A DNA stretch of 57,613 nt from an uncultured Veillonella sp. (GTDB lineage: Bacteria > Bacillota > Negativicutes > Veillonellales > Veillonellaceae): positions 1 through 57,613 of the forward strand of contig NZ_UQYC01000001.1 in assembly GCF_900545205.1 (NCBI RefSeq). The letters run 5' to 3'. The notes under the pieces are model-generated. The model was not told the origin of the DNA, ran no database searches, and saw only the letters and a list, made by a program, of their open reading frames with translations. The position numbers and the translations under genes are program-made. Each line of letters opens with the position of its first letter. Position 1 is the first letter of the stretch. Below are positions 14,800 to 24,230 of this stretch, in pieces.

Positions 14800-16638
14800 A
14801 TGAACGTAGTTTTATCCACATTAAACTCAAAATTTATACATTCCTCCCTGGCTTTGCGTTATCTCAAAGCCTATGGGCAGGCTCACGGACAGGCATACGA
14901 TATAGTAGAATATACTATTAATATGCCTGTTTTACATATTCTTAGCGATATTACAGAGCGCAATATAGATGTATTGGGCTTTGCTTGCTATATTTGGAAT
15001 ATCGAAATGACATTGCATGTGGTGGACCTGGTGAAAGCTGTTCGACCAGATATTAAGATCATTTTAGGTGGACCAGAGGTTTCTTTCACAGCCGATGAAA
15101 TCCTAAATCGATGCCATGCCGTAGATTATGTTGTACAAGGGGAAGGGGAAGAAGCTTTCTACCAACTTATTAGTGCATTACAAAATGGTAAGGATGGTTT
15201 ACAAGAAGAAATCCCTGGGGTACGAGGACGTCATATTTCAGGCGAACTTATGGGCTCTACAGAAGCTGTAGAGGTTAAAGATCTTAGTACTATACCATTC
15301 CCATATGTAGAAGAGGATATGGAGGATTTAGAACATAAAATCATCTACTATGAATCCTCTCGCGGATGTCCATTCTCTTGTCAGTACTGTTTATCTGGCA
15401 ATAAGAATACAGTGCGGTTCTTCCCACAGGAGAGAACCTTCAAAGAACTACAATGGTTTATCAATCATAAGGTAAAACAAGTTAAATTTGTAGATAGAAC
15501 ATTTAACTGTGCACCACATCATCATCGCCCTATGATGGAATTCATGCGAGATGCTAATACAGAGACGAACTTCCATTTGGAAATGGAACCAGAGCTCATG
15601 ACAGAGTGGGAAACAAATATTCTCTGTGAAACACCACCAGGCCGCATCCAAATCGAGGTGGGCGTACAAAGTACACATAAGAAAACCTTGGACGCTATTA
15701 ACCGTTACAATGATTGGCCTTATATTCAAAAGGCTATCCGTCCTATTATTGAGGCCGGCCGTACACATGTACATATGGATTTAATTGTAGGCTTACCTTA
15801 CGAAAATAAAGCACGATTTGGATTATCCTTCAACGATTTATTTAGCTTACAACCTCATGCGCTACAAATAGGGTTCTTGAAACTATTAAAAGGCTCTGGT
15901 GTACGCCGCATGGAGGAATACCAATATATTAGTGATCCATTAGCTCCTTATGAGGTTTTAAGTACACATGTATTGCCATATAAAGACGTTCGGTTCTTGA
16001 AACACTTTGAAGATGTATTTGAACGCTTCTATAATAGTGAGCGTTTTAGAACTGTCTTTGCCTATATTGGTAGCAAGCTTATTAAGGAACATACTGATAC
16101 ATCCATAATTGGTGAAGATATAGTAACAAATCATGTACCACCAATGAAAAAGTATGATCCATCTAAAGTGGAGCCTAAAAAAGACGCTTTTTCTTATTTC
16201 TGTGAAATGACACAAGCTTGGCTCGATGCAGGTAATCATAAGGTTAATTTAAAAGACATTGACCAAATCGAGTTCTTATATAATTTCTTCTTGTCTAAAG
16301 GCGACAAAGTAGCAGCTGAATTATTACAGTACGATACACTTGTTAGCTATCGTGGTAAGGTTCGAAGCGAAGCCGTTGGTTTGCCGAAGCAGACAAAGGA
16401 ACTTTTACAAGAAGGGGAAGCATTCTGGCGCAACGAAGAGATTGCATCTCAGTATATTCCAAACTATACATTTAAAGAATGGCGCAAAATTCGCCAACAG
16501 TACGTAGAAATGCCTATGTCGAAAGACACAGCCCGTGTCTTAAACATAGACAATATTCCTGATACAACATTTACAGTTGTGATAGACGTTAATAAAGATG
16601 TTAAACCATTTATACGTCCTGACATAGAGGCTTGTTAG
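14800..16638 (+). CDS. B12-binding-domain radical SAM protein (DUF4080-type)
   Basis: HSSLALRYL, CYIWNIE, GGPEVS, GEGE cobalamin-binding domain; SRGCPFSCQYC; FVDRTFN. Confidence 0.9.
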   Translation: MNVVLSTLNSKFIHSSLALRYLKAYGQAHGQAYDIVEYTINMPVLHILSDITERNIDVLGFACYIWNIEMTLHVVDLVKAVRPDIKIILGGPEVSFTADEILNRCHAVDYVVQGEGEEAFYQLISALQNGKDGLQEEIPGVRGRHISGELMGSTEAVEVKDLSTIPFPYVEEDMEDLEHKIIYYESSRGCPFSCQYCLSGNKNTVRFFPQERTFKELQWFINHKVKQVKFVDRTFNCAPHHHRPMMEFMRDANTETNFHLEMEPELMTEWETNILCETPPGRIQIEVGVQSTHKKTLDAINRYNDWPYIQKAIRPIIEAGRTHVHMDLIVGLPYENKARFGLSFNDLFSLQPHALQIGFLKLLKGSGVRRMEEYQYISDPLAPYEVLSTHVLPYKDVRFLKHFEDVFERFYNSERFRTVFAYIGSKLIKEHTDTSIIGEDIVTNHVPPMKKYDPSKVEPKKDAFSYFCEMTQAWLDAGNHKVNLKDIDQIEFLYNFFLSKGDKVAAELLQYDTLVSYRGKVRSEAVGLPKQTKELLQEGEAFWRNEEIASQYIPNYTFKEWRKIRQQYVEMPMSKDTARVLNIDNIPDTTFTVVIDVNKDVKPFIRPDIEAC

Positions 16639-16719
16639 TAATACAAAAATAATTTATCTAATTTTGATAGTCGAAATATTACATAACAAGTGATGATTGG
16701 TTAGTTAAATAGGAGTGTT

Positions 16720-17685
16720 ATGACCGATACAACGAGACCAAAACGATACCGCATGGTATCTAAATACTATAAAGAAACCTATGGGGAAAAGGTTTATAAA
16801 TTGCCTGTTGCCTTACCGCTAACATGTCCAAATCGAGACGGTTCAGCCGGCGTAGGAGGCTGTACCTTCTGCGGTGAAATTGGTGCGGGCTATGAAAATC
16901 GTCCTGCTTGGATGACAGTGCGTATGCAATTAGAGGAAAACATTGCTCACATAGGTCCTAAATATAAGGCGAAAAAATTTATACCTTATTATCAAAACTT
17001 TAGTAATACCTATTTGGGACTTGATGATTTTAAAAGCTATATGGAACAAGGCTGTATCGATGAAGCTGTAGGCATTGCTATTGCGACGCGACCGGACTGT
17101 ATTGCCGATGAATATTTAGACATATTAGCTGATATTAGAGATCGTTTTCAAAAGGATATTTATATTGAATTAGGATTGCAAACGGTCAATTATGATACCC
17201 TTGAGAAGATTAATCGTGGCCATGATTTAGCTCAGTTTATTGATGCTGTATTGCGCATTAAGAGATACGGATTTAATGTTACAACCCATATGATTGTCAA
17301 TTTACCTTGGGATACAATGCAGGATACCATCGAAGGGGCCCGTATTTTGTCAGCCCTTGGCGTAGATCAAGTAAAATTGCATGCTTTATATATCGTTAAA
17401 AATACATTGATGGCTAAATGGTATCAAGAGGGGCAATTCACCTTAATTAGTGCCGAAGAATATGCTGATCGGGTTGTGAATTTTGTTCGTCATTTGCATC
17501 CTGACATTGTATTACAACGTCTTGTCGGGAGAGCACCTAAAGATAACACGTTATTTACGAACTGGTCCATGGGATGGTGGCGCGTCCAAGATTTAATTGA
17601 TGATAAGTTAGACGAACTAGATGCTCATCAAGGTGATTTATGTGATTATTTAAACGGCAAAGCCGTTCGTAAGTTTATAGATTAG
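16720..17685 (+). CDS. TIGR01212 (YhcC/YtqA-like) radical SAM protein
   Basis: TCPNRDGSAGVGGCTFC (CX11CX2C), ATRPDC, IELGLQT, INRGH, VKLHAL. Confidence 0.92.
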   Translation: MTDTTRPKRYRMVSKYYKETYGEKVYKLPVALPLTCPNRDGSAGVGGCTFCGEIGAGYENRPAWMTVRMQLEENIAHIGPKYKAKKFIPYYQNFSNTYLGLDDFKSYMEQGCIDEAVGIAIATRPDCIADEYLDILADIRDRFQKDIYIELGLQTVNYDTLEKINRGHDLAQFIDAVLRIKRYGFNVTTHMIVNLPWDTMQDTIEGARILSALGVDQVKLHALYIVKNTLMAKWYQEGQFTLISAEEYADRVVNFVRHLHPDIVLQRLVGRAPKDNTLFTNWSMGWWRVQDLIDDKLDELDAHQGDLCDYLNGKAVRKFID

Positions 17686-17693
17686 GAGGTTAT

Positions 17694-18707
17694 ATGAGCG
17701 AACAAGTTTTTACATTTCCTACATATGACCTAGCACAATCCATACTAGGTCAACATAATCGATATCTGCATATGATGCTTGAAGTCATCTCTGCAGATGT
17801 AGTAGCTCGCGGTGATACTGTTGTTATCAAGGGCGATGAAAAACAAGTAGAGGCATTGTATCGCACATTAGAAGAACTTGTGTTCTTATACCGTGAAGGC
17901 AGTACTATAACTGAGTCTCAAGTTCGTATTGCGGCAAAACTCGTAGCTAATGGCAAAGCTGATGCTGTACATACTATGTTTGAAGATACTTTATCCGTTA
18001 ACATGCGCGGTAAAAATATTACGCCTAAAACGGAAGGCCAAAAATACTATGTAGATAGTATTCGTAAAAATACCATTACCTTTGGTATTGGCCCTGCTGG
18101 TACAGGTAAAACTTTCCTAGCCGTAGCGTTAGCTGCATTCTATTTGAAAAACCGCAATGTAGATAAAATTATTTTGACTCGCCCTGCTGTAGAGGCTGGT
18201 GAACGATTAGGCTTCTTACCTGGTGAATTACAAGACAAGGTAGATCCATATTTGAGACCTCTGTATGATGCATTACATGAAATGTTTGGCATTGAGCAAG
18301 TACAACGCTTTATGGAACGCGGTACTATCGAGGTAGCACCACTAGCGTATATGCGTGGTCGTACCTTAGAAAATGCGTTCGTTATTCTAGATGAAGCTCA
18401 AAATACGACGGCCGAACAGATGAAGATGTTCTTAACCCGTCTAGGTAATAACTCTAAAATGGTTGTGAACGGTGATAAGACACAAATTGACTTGCCACCA
18501 CGTGTTGTGTCTGGTCTCGGCGAGGCTGAAAAGGTATTGCGTCATGTACCTGGTATTAATATGGTTTACTTTAGCGATCAAGACGTTGTCCGTCATGATT
18601 TAGTAGGTCGCATTGTAAAAGCTTACGATGCATATCACGAACGTAAGTTAGCTGGTGAGACTGCAGAATCTAATGCAGTATCCAAAGAGAATGTAGCGAA
18701 AGGATAA
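17694..18707 (+). CDS. phoH: PhoH-family ATPase
   Basis: [43 protein letters not shown]. Confidence 0.95.
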   Translation: MSEQVFTFPTYDLAQSILGQHNRYLHMMLEVISADVVARGDTVVIKGDEKQVEALYRTLEELVFLYREGSTITESQVRIAAKLVANGKADAVHTMFEDTLSVNMRGKNITPKTEGQKYYVDSIRKNTITFGIGPAGTGKTFLAVALAAFYLKNRNVDKIILTRPAVEAGERLGFLPGELQDKVDPYLRPLYDALHEMFGIEQVQRFMERGTIEVAPLAYMRGRTLENAFVILDEAQNTTAEQMKMFLTRLGNNSKMVVNGDKTQIDLPPRVVSGLGEAEKVLRHVPGINMVYFSDQDVVRHDLVGRIVKAYDAYHERKLAGETAESNAVSKENVAKG

Positions 18708-18709
18708 GC

Positions 18710-19186
18710 ATGTATATACATATTAGCTATGATGAAGGAATTCAAGAGGATTCCAATATTGAGGCCGTTATACGTAAAGTTTGTGATGAAGTAAGTCGCG
18801 TATATGGCCTTGAAGAAGATGAAATGAGTATTTTACTCTGCGATAATGCAAAAATTCACGAGCTTAATAAGGAATATCGCGGCATTGACAGACCAACTGA
18901 TGTATTGTCCTTTGCTCTAAATGAAGGGGATGATTACGAAGGCAGTGAAGAGGAACATCACTTACTCGGCGATATGATTATTTCCTTAGAGCGTACTCGT
19001 GAACAAGCTATTGAATATGGACACAGTTTTGAACGAGAATTAGCATATTTAACGACTCATAGCTGCTTACATATTTTAGGCTATGACCATATGAACGACG
19101 AAGATAAAAAAGAGATGCGTACTGAAGAGGAGTTTATCTTAGGTAACCTCGGTTATGTGCGGGAGGATGCACCATACAATGAATAA
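18710..19186 (+). CDS. ybeY: rRNA maturation endoribonuclease YbeY
   Basis: [33 protein letters not shown] (H3xH5xH). Confidence 0.95.
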   Translation: MYIHISYDEGIQEDSNIEAVIRKVCDEVSRVYGLEEDEMSILLCDNAKIHELNKEYRGIDRPTDVLSFALNEGDDYEGSEEEHHLLGDMIISLERTREQAIEYGHSFERELAYLTTHSCLHILGYDHMNDEDKKEMRTEEEFILGNLGYVREDAPYNE

Positions 19187-20078
19187 GAACGAACATTTTA
19201 AATCTGGCTTTGTTGCCGTTGTAGGACGCCCAAATGTTGGTAAATCTACATTAATTAATGCCCTTATTGGCGACAAAATCGCTATCGTATCCGATAAGGC
19301 TCAAACAACGCGTAACCGCATTATCTGTGTATATACAGATGAAGCGAAACAAATTGTTTTCATGGATACGCCAGGTGTACATAAGCCAAAACATAAATTA
19401 GGTGAATTCATGGTAGACGCTGCCATTGAGTCCTTAAAAGAAACAGAAGCTGTTTTATTTGTAGTAGCAGGTAATGAAAAGCGCGGTCCTGGGGACAACT
19501 TCATTATTGAACAATTGAAACGTGTAAAGGTTCCTGTATTCTTAGTAGTTAATAAGATTGATACCCTCAAAAAAGAAGAGCTCTTAGAAGCCATTGTTTC
19601 TTATCAAGATGCATATCCATTTGCAGGGGTCATTCCTATTTCTGCAAAGGATAAAGAGAACTTAACTGAAGTTCTCAAGGTATTAGAGGAAACATTACCT
19701 GAAGGTCCGCAATACTTCCCAGAAGATATGATTACGGATCAACCAGAACGTTTAATTATTTCCGATATCGTACGCGAAAAAATCTTATTGTCTACACGGG
19801 ATGAAATTCCTCATGCTATCGCTGTAGATGTAGATGAAATGAAAACTCGTGATGATGGCACAACCTATATTCGCGCTACTATCTACTGTGAACGAGATTC
19901 CCAAAAGGGCATCATCATCGGTAAAAAAGGGGCCTTGTTAAAACAACTCGGTGCTGAAGCGCGTGCAGATATTCAAAAACTATTGGCTACAAAGGTGTAC
20001 TTAGACCTTTGGGTTAAGGTTAAAAAGGATTGGCGTAATAAATCTGGCATGTTATCTGAACTTGGTTATAGAAAATAA
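19179..20078 (+). CDS. era: GTPase Era
   Basis: [24 protein letters not shown] domain GIIIGKKG; start 19179 after GGGAGG. Confidence 0.97.
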   Translation: MNKNEHFKSGFVAVVGRPNVGKSTLINALIGDKIAIVSDKAQTTRNRIICVYTDEAKQIVFMDTPGVHKPKHKLGEFMVDAAIESLKETEAVLFVVAGNEKRGPGDNFIIEQLKRVKVPVFLVVNKIDTLKKEELLEAIVSYQDAYPFAGVIPISAKDKENLTEVLKVLEETLPEGPQYFPEDMITDQPERLIISDIVREKILLSTRDEIPHAIAVDVDEMKTRDDGTTYIRATIYCERDSQKGIIIGKKGALLKQLGAEARADIQKLLATKVYLDLWVKVKKDWRNKSGMLSELGYRK

Positions 20079-20132
20079 ATTTTGTTATAATAAAGACTAA
20101 CTTGTTTTCTCAATTGTATGAAAGGAATTAAG

Positions 20133-21464
20133 ATGGATAGTGTAGATGGCCTGTTACCCATAGGGTTTGGTCTTGTATGTATATTTTTAATTAACTTTTT
20201 TGTGGTTGCAAAGTTCTCCTTTGCTCGTCTTCGTAAAGAGCATGTAGAGGATATGGATATCCTCTTGGAAAAGGATCGAGAGTTTTTATTAAGGCTCTAT
20301 CAAAACCCTGAGTATTTCTTGAATACGACTCAGTTTTTGATTTTATTCTTTATCTTAGCCCTTGCAGGAACAGGTACCTATGTATTTGATAATATCGTAG
20401 ATCAACTTGTGGCGGTATTTAATCTACATAGCACATGGATGCACTTTGTACTAGATATACTTTTATTGCTATTTATTAGCTTAATTGTTCTTATCTTTGG
20501 TGAAATCGTACCTAAAGCATTAGGCTTATCCTTCCCAACAAAGTACGTAAATACATATTGCCGTATCGTAGTAGCAGCTGGTCGCTTGGTATATCCGTTC
20601 ATTTGGATTGCAAGCAAAATCTCCACTGTTATTTTGGGCTTTTACAAAACAAAATATTTAACAGAGCTAGACCTAGTATACTCTGAAGAAGAAATCCGTA
20701 TGATGATTTCTCGAAGTCATGAAGAAGGTCAACTAGACCAAGTGGAATCTGAGTTGATCGACAATGTATTTAACTTTGTAGACCGTAGAGCCAAAGAGGT
20801 TATGGTACCTCGTCAAGATGTGGACTGTATTTTCGTTGAAGACGGTTACGATGAAGCGATGAAATTTATTCGTTCTAAAGCACATACCCGTTATCCTCTA
20901 TGTGTAGAGGATAAGGATCATATAATCGGTCTTGTTCATATTAAGGACCTCATGGAACGTCCTAATCAAGCGCGTAAGGATTTGCGTAATGTAAAACGAG
21001 ATATTTTAACTGTGCCAGAGGTAATGAAATTATCTACATTGCTACAATACATGAGAACTCGTCGTATTTATCAAGCTGTTGTTGTAGATGAGTACGGTGG
21101 TATGGTTGGTCTCGTAGGGCTTGAAGATATTATTGAAGAGCTCGTTGGCGATATTCAAGACGAACATGAACCACACTTACCAGCTAAAATTGCTTATGCA
21201 GATGGATCCTTCGAGTTTGATGGTAAGGTCCTCGTAGATGAAGTGGAAGAAATGATGGATGTTGAAATCGACGATTCTGACTCTGATACAATCGGGGGCT
21301 ATGTATTTGGTCTCTTAGAACGGACGCCAATCGTTGGTGATACTGTGGATGCATTGGGATATACCTTTGAAGTAACACAAATGCAAGGGTATCGCGTTTC
21401 TCGTATTAAAGTAACACCTTTACCTGTAGAGGAAGTAGCGGAAGAAGAACATGAAGAAGCTTAA
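20133..21464 (+). CDS. hemolysin-family CNNM/CBS/CorC protein (Mg2+ homeostasis-like)
   Basis: DUF21 TM region (FGEIVPK), EVMVPR, HTRYP, VVDEYGG, EDIIEELVGDIQDEH, CorC domain DTIGG. Confidence 0.92.
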   Translation: MDSVDGLLPIGFGLVCIFLINFFVVAKFSFARLRKEHVEDMDILLEKDREFLLRLYQNPEYFLNTTQFLILFFILALAGTGTYVFDNIVDQLVAVFNLHSTWMHFVLDILLLLFISLIVLIFGEIVPKALGLSFPTKYVNTYCRIVVAAGRLVYPFIWIASKISTVILGFYKTKYLTELDLVYSEEEIRMMISRSHEEGQLDQVESELIDNVFNFVDRRAKEVMVPRQDVDCIFVEDGYDEAMKFIRSKAHTRYPLCVEDKDHIIGLVHIKDLMERPNQARKDLRNVKRDILTVPEVMKLSTLLQYMRTRRIYQAVVVDEYGGMVGLVGLEDIIEELVGDIQDEHEPHLPAKIAYADGSFEFDGKVLVDEVEEMMDVEIDDSDSDTIGGYVFGLLERTPIVGDTVDALGYTFEVTQMQGYRVSRIKVTPLPVEEVAEEEHEEA

Positions 21465-22155
21465 TGGTGGTTTTAACACACCTGCCATCGTCATCAGTCG
21501 AAAAAAATATAAGCTATACTCCGTATTTACTTTTATCACACCTAGCTTAGGGCTTATTCGTGCATCCATACCGCATAAGCGTATGATGACCATGCGTAAC
21601 AGTTCCTATTTACGTCCCTTTAGTGCCATGTATATCACAGTGGTACCTGATGGTGAATATGTAAATGTGACGCAAATTGATGGTTCCTATGTGGTAGAAT
21701 CGTTAGACCTAAATTTAGATAATATTGCTTACGCTGCAGTAGCGAGTGAGCTCATCCAAGAACTATTTGCTATGTATGATGTAGATCGCAAGGTGTTTGA
21801 TACTGTTGTAAACTATTCTAAGCAAATTCGTCGCCGCAATGTACAGCTCGGAACGATAATGCTTGGGTGGCAATTGCTGTCCTTAGCGGGGGTTGTGCCA
21901 AGTGCTAATGCTTTTTCACATCAAGATGGTATTGAACCATTCTGGATGCAGGTTAAAGAAACAACAAATCTTAGCATTTCTCGTTCTGTGAAAGCTGGAT
22001 TACCTCAAATTCTCGCTTATCAGTGGGGCGAAGACACGCCTATAGAACTTCCAAAAATAATTTGGAAGGAACTTGAAAAGCTACTATTTGCATACTGCGA
22101 GCAAGAAATCGGTAAACCATTACAAAGCGTTAAGTTTTTAAATTCCATAATTTAA
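21451..22155 (+). CDS. recO: DNA repair protein RecO (divergent, no zinc-finger cysteine cluster)
   Basis: N-terminal OB-like AIVISRKKY..FITPSLGLIRA..LRPF, C-terminal KPLQSVKFL; position downstream of era. Confidence 0.75.
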   Translation: MKKLNGGFNTPAIVISRKKYKLYSVFTFITPSLGLIRASIPHKRMMTMRNSSYLRPFSAMYITVVPDGEYVNVTQIDGSYVVESLDLNLDNIAYAAVASELIQELFAMYDVDRKVFDTVVNYSKQIRRRNVQLGTIMLGWQLLSLAGVVPSANAFSHQDGIEPFWMQVKETTNLSISRSVKAGLPQILAYQWGEDTPIELPKIIWKELEKLLFAYCEQEIGKPLQSVKFLNSII

Positions 22156-22162
22156 TAATAGT

Positions 22163-22197
22163 AAAAGGCAGTTTGAGAAATCAAACTGCCTTTTATT
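22163..22197 (+). terminator. intrinsic terminator after recO
   Basis: AAAAGGCAGTTTGA-GAAA-TCAAACTGCCTTTT. Confidence 0.9.
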
Positions 22198-22221
22198 GGA
22201 ATATATATTATGAGGTACTAT

Positions 22222-22743
22222 ATGGATAAAATATTTTCTTCGTTACCTGTAGAAAAAATAAATGAAGATAAAACTTTAGATTTACAAGAAATTCAACAAA
22301 TATACGATTTCCTTTTAACTAATGACTATTATATATTTTCTGATTATGGGTTAGTAAATAAGTTATTTCAAACTATGGTCTTGAACAATCGTTGGGATCC
22401 TAAGATAGCACTTAGATACTTTGAATACTTATGTTTTCTAAGTTGGGAATATGAAGCTATCATTCTTAGAGATCTTTTATTAGATAATCATATTAGCCTA
22501 GCTGGGGAATTTTGTTTAGATACAGAATTAGTAAAAGATGGACTAAGTTATTTTAGAGATGATGCTATTTGGAGGGGTAAAGATTATTATAGTGACACTA
22601 TTCCGGCATGTATGTCTAAATGGGCCATTTATTATGATGAACAAGATCAAAGGTTTCATAAAGTGAAACCGTCAATGATAGAAAATATTGTTATTGAGGT
22701 AATTGACGCTGAAAAAGGTATTTATATGATTGAAAAAAGATAA
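22222..22743 (+). CDS. hypothetical soluble acidic protein
   Basis: AT-rich ORF, ATG after GAGG; no family recognised. Confidence 0.7.
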   Translation: MDKIFSSLPVEKINEDKTLDLQEIQQIYDFLLTNDYYIFSDYGLVNKLFQTMVLNNRWDPKIALRYFEYLCFLSWEYEAIILRDLLLDNHISLAGEFCLDTELVKDGLSYFRDDAIWRGKDYYSDTIPACMSKWAIYYDEQDQRFHKVKPSMIENIVIEVIDAEKGIYMIEKR

Positions 22744-22770
22744 TGCAAATAGACAAATGTACATCTGTAA

Positions 22771-22819
22771 TTGACACTTTTGATAACAATTATTTATAAT
22801 ATAACAATGTTATATTATA
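22771..22819 (+). promoter_or_regulatory. sigma70 promoter with overlapping palindromic operator
   Basis: TTGACA-N18-TATAAT; perfect inverted repeat TATAATATAACA-A-TGTTATATTATA at 22795-22819. Confidence 0.65.
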
Positions 22820-22839
22820 TGTTTTTATAGGAGGTCATT

Positions 22840-23643
22840 ATGCAGCTTTTGGGAAATCTCAAAATACATTTTCTAGCGCTCGTACTAACCGTAGTCGCTG
22901 AATTTATAGGCATAAAAAAACTAGGTCCTGTTGTATTATTGCCATTATTGTACACATTGATTCTAGGTTTATTAATTTCTATTCCTAAATTTAAAATTCT
23001 TACTATTAAACAGATGGAAAAATCTGCAGATTATATCGGTATTGCCGTTATGATCTTGATGGTAAAAGTAGGTTTAGGTATTGGTCCAAATCTTGGTATT
23101 CTTACAAGTGCAGGCTGGGCATTGTTATTACAAGAGCTTGGTCATTTCTTTGGTACTATTGTATTCGGTTTACCTGTAGCTTTGTTAGTAGGTATGCGTC
23201 GCGAAGCAGTAGGTGCATGTTACTCTGTAGACCGTGAACCGAATGTAGCGATTATTATCGACAAATTCGGTTTTAGCTCTCCAGAGGGCCGTGGTGTTAT
23301 GGGCATGTACATCTGTGGCGTTCTTATTGGCGCAATGTGGTCCTCCGTATTGGCAGGTATGCTGGCACAATCTGGTTGGTTCCATCCATTGGCATTGGCT
23401 ATGGGTGCTGGTGTAGGTAGTGCTAGTATGATGGCTGCCGCTACAGCTCCAATCATTGCAGTATATCCAGATTATGAACAACAAATTATGGCTCTTGCTG
23501 GGGCAGCAAACTTATTAACTACTGTTCTAGGCGTATACTTTGGTCTATTTGTTTCTTTACCTGTTATGGAAAAAACATACAATTTCTTTACAGGTCGTAC
23601 CCGTGAACAAGATTTAGCAGAGGAGGCAGCACATCATGAGTAA
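22840..23643 (+). CDS. DUF3100-family membrane protein
   Basis: AEFIG, LLPLLY, LLLQELGH, GMRREAVGACYSVDREP, ALAMGAGVGSASMMAA motifs; multi-TM. Confidence 0.85.
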   Translation: MQLLGNLKIHFLALVLTVVAEFIGIKKLGPVVLLPLLYTLILGLLISIPKFKILTIKQMEKSADYIGIAVMILMVKVGLGIGPNLGILTSAGWALLLQELGHFFGTIVFGLPVALLVGMRREAVGACYSVDREPNVAIIIDKFGFSSPEGRGVMGMYICGVLIGAMWSSVLAGMLAQSGWFHPLALAMGAGVGSASMMAAATAPIIAVYPDYEQQIMALAGAANLLTTVLGVYFGLFVSLPVMEKTYNFFTGRTREQDLAEEAAHHE

Positions 23644-24097
23644 AAGCGAAAAATTAACACAATTTGTCATCGTTATCTGTATTGCTGCTATCATCACTGC
23701 AGTAGGTAATGTAATGGATGGCAAACATCTATTTAGCGATAGTTTAGTTGGCGTAGCTATCTTGGCAGTCCTTGCTACAATTGGCGCTTTGATTTCTAAC
23801 TTGCCATATGCTAATAAATTGCCTATGGTATTCTGGGTATCTTTAGTTGGTGTTATTGCATCCTTACCAGGTATGCCTGGCCAAGAATGGATTATTGCTA
23901 AAACTAGTCAAGTTACATTCCTTGCTACAACAACACCTGTACTTGCTTATGCAGGTTTATCCTTAGGTAAAGACCTAGGTGCATTCCGCCGCTTATCTTG
24001 GCGTATTATTCCTGTTGCACTAGCTGTAACAGCAGGTACTTTCATCTGTGCAACAGCATTAGCACAAGTAGTACTTCATTTAGAAGGTTTAATTTAA
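23636..24097 (+). CDS. small membrane protein, partner of DUF3100
   Basis: Overlaps the DUF3100 stop; FLATTTPVLAYAGLSLGKD, GTFICATALAQ; ~5 TM. Confidence 0.85.
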   Translation: MSKSEKLTQFVIVICIAAIITAVGNVMDGKHLFSDSLVGVAILAVLATIGALISNLPYANKLPMVFWVSLVGVIASLPGMPGQEWIIAKTSQVTFLATTTPVLAYAGLSLGKDLGAFRRLSWRIIPVALAVTAGTFICATALAQVVLHLEGLI

Positions 24098-24230
24098 TAC
24101 TAAATCATAATGTTAGATGTCTTAATTATGTTAAGATATACATATAGATTTATATTTTCATAAGATATCTATACATTAGGATTCAATGATCGACCGTATT
24201 TTATACGGTCGATTTTATAAAGGAGATATT

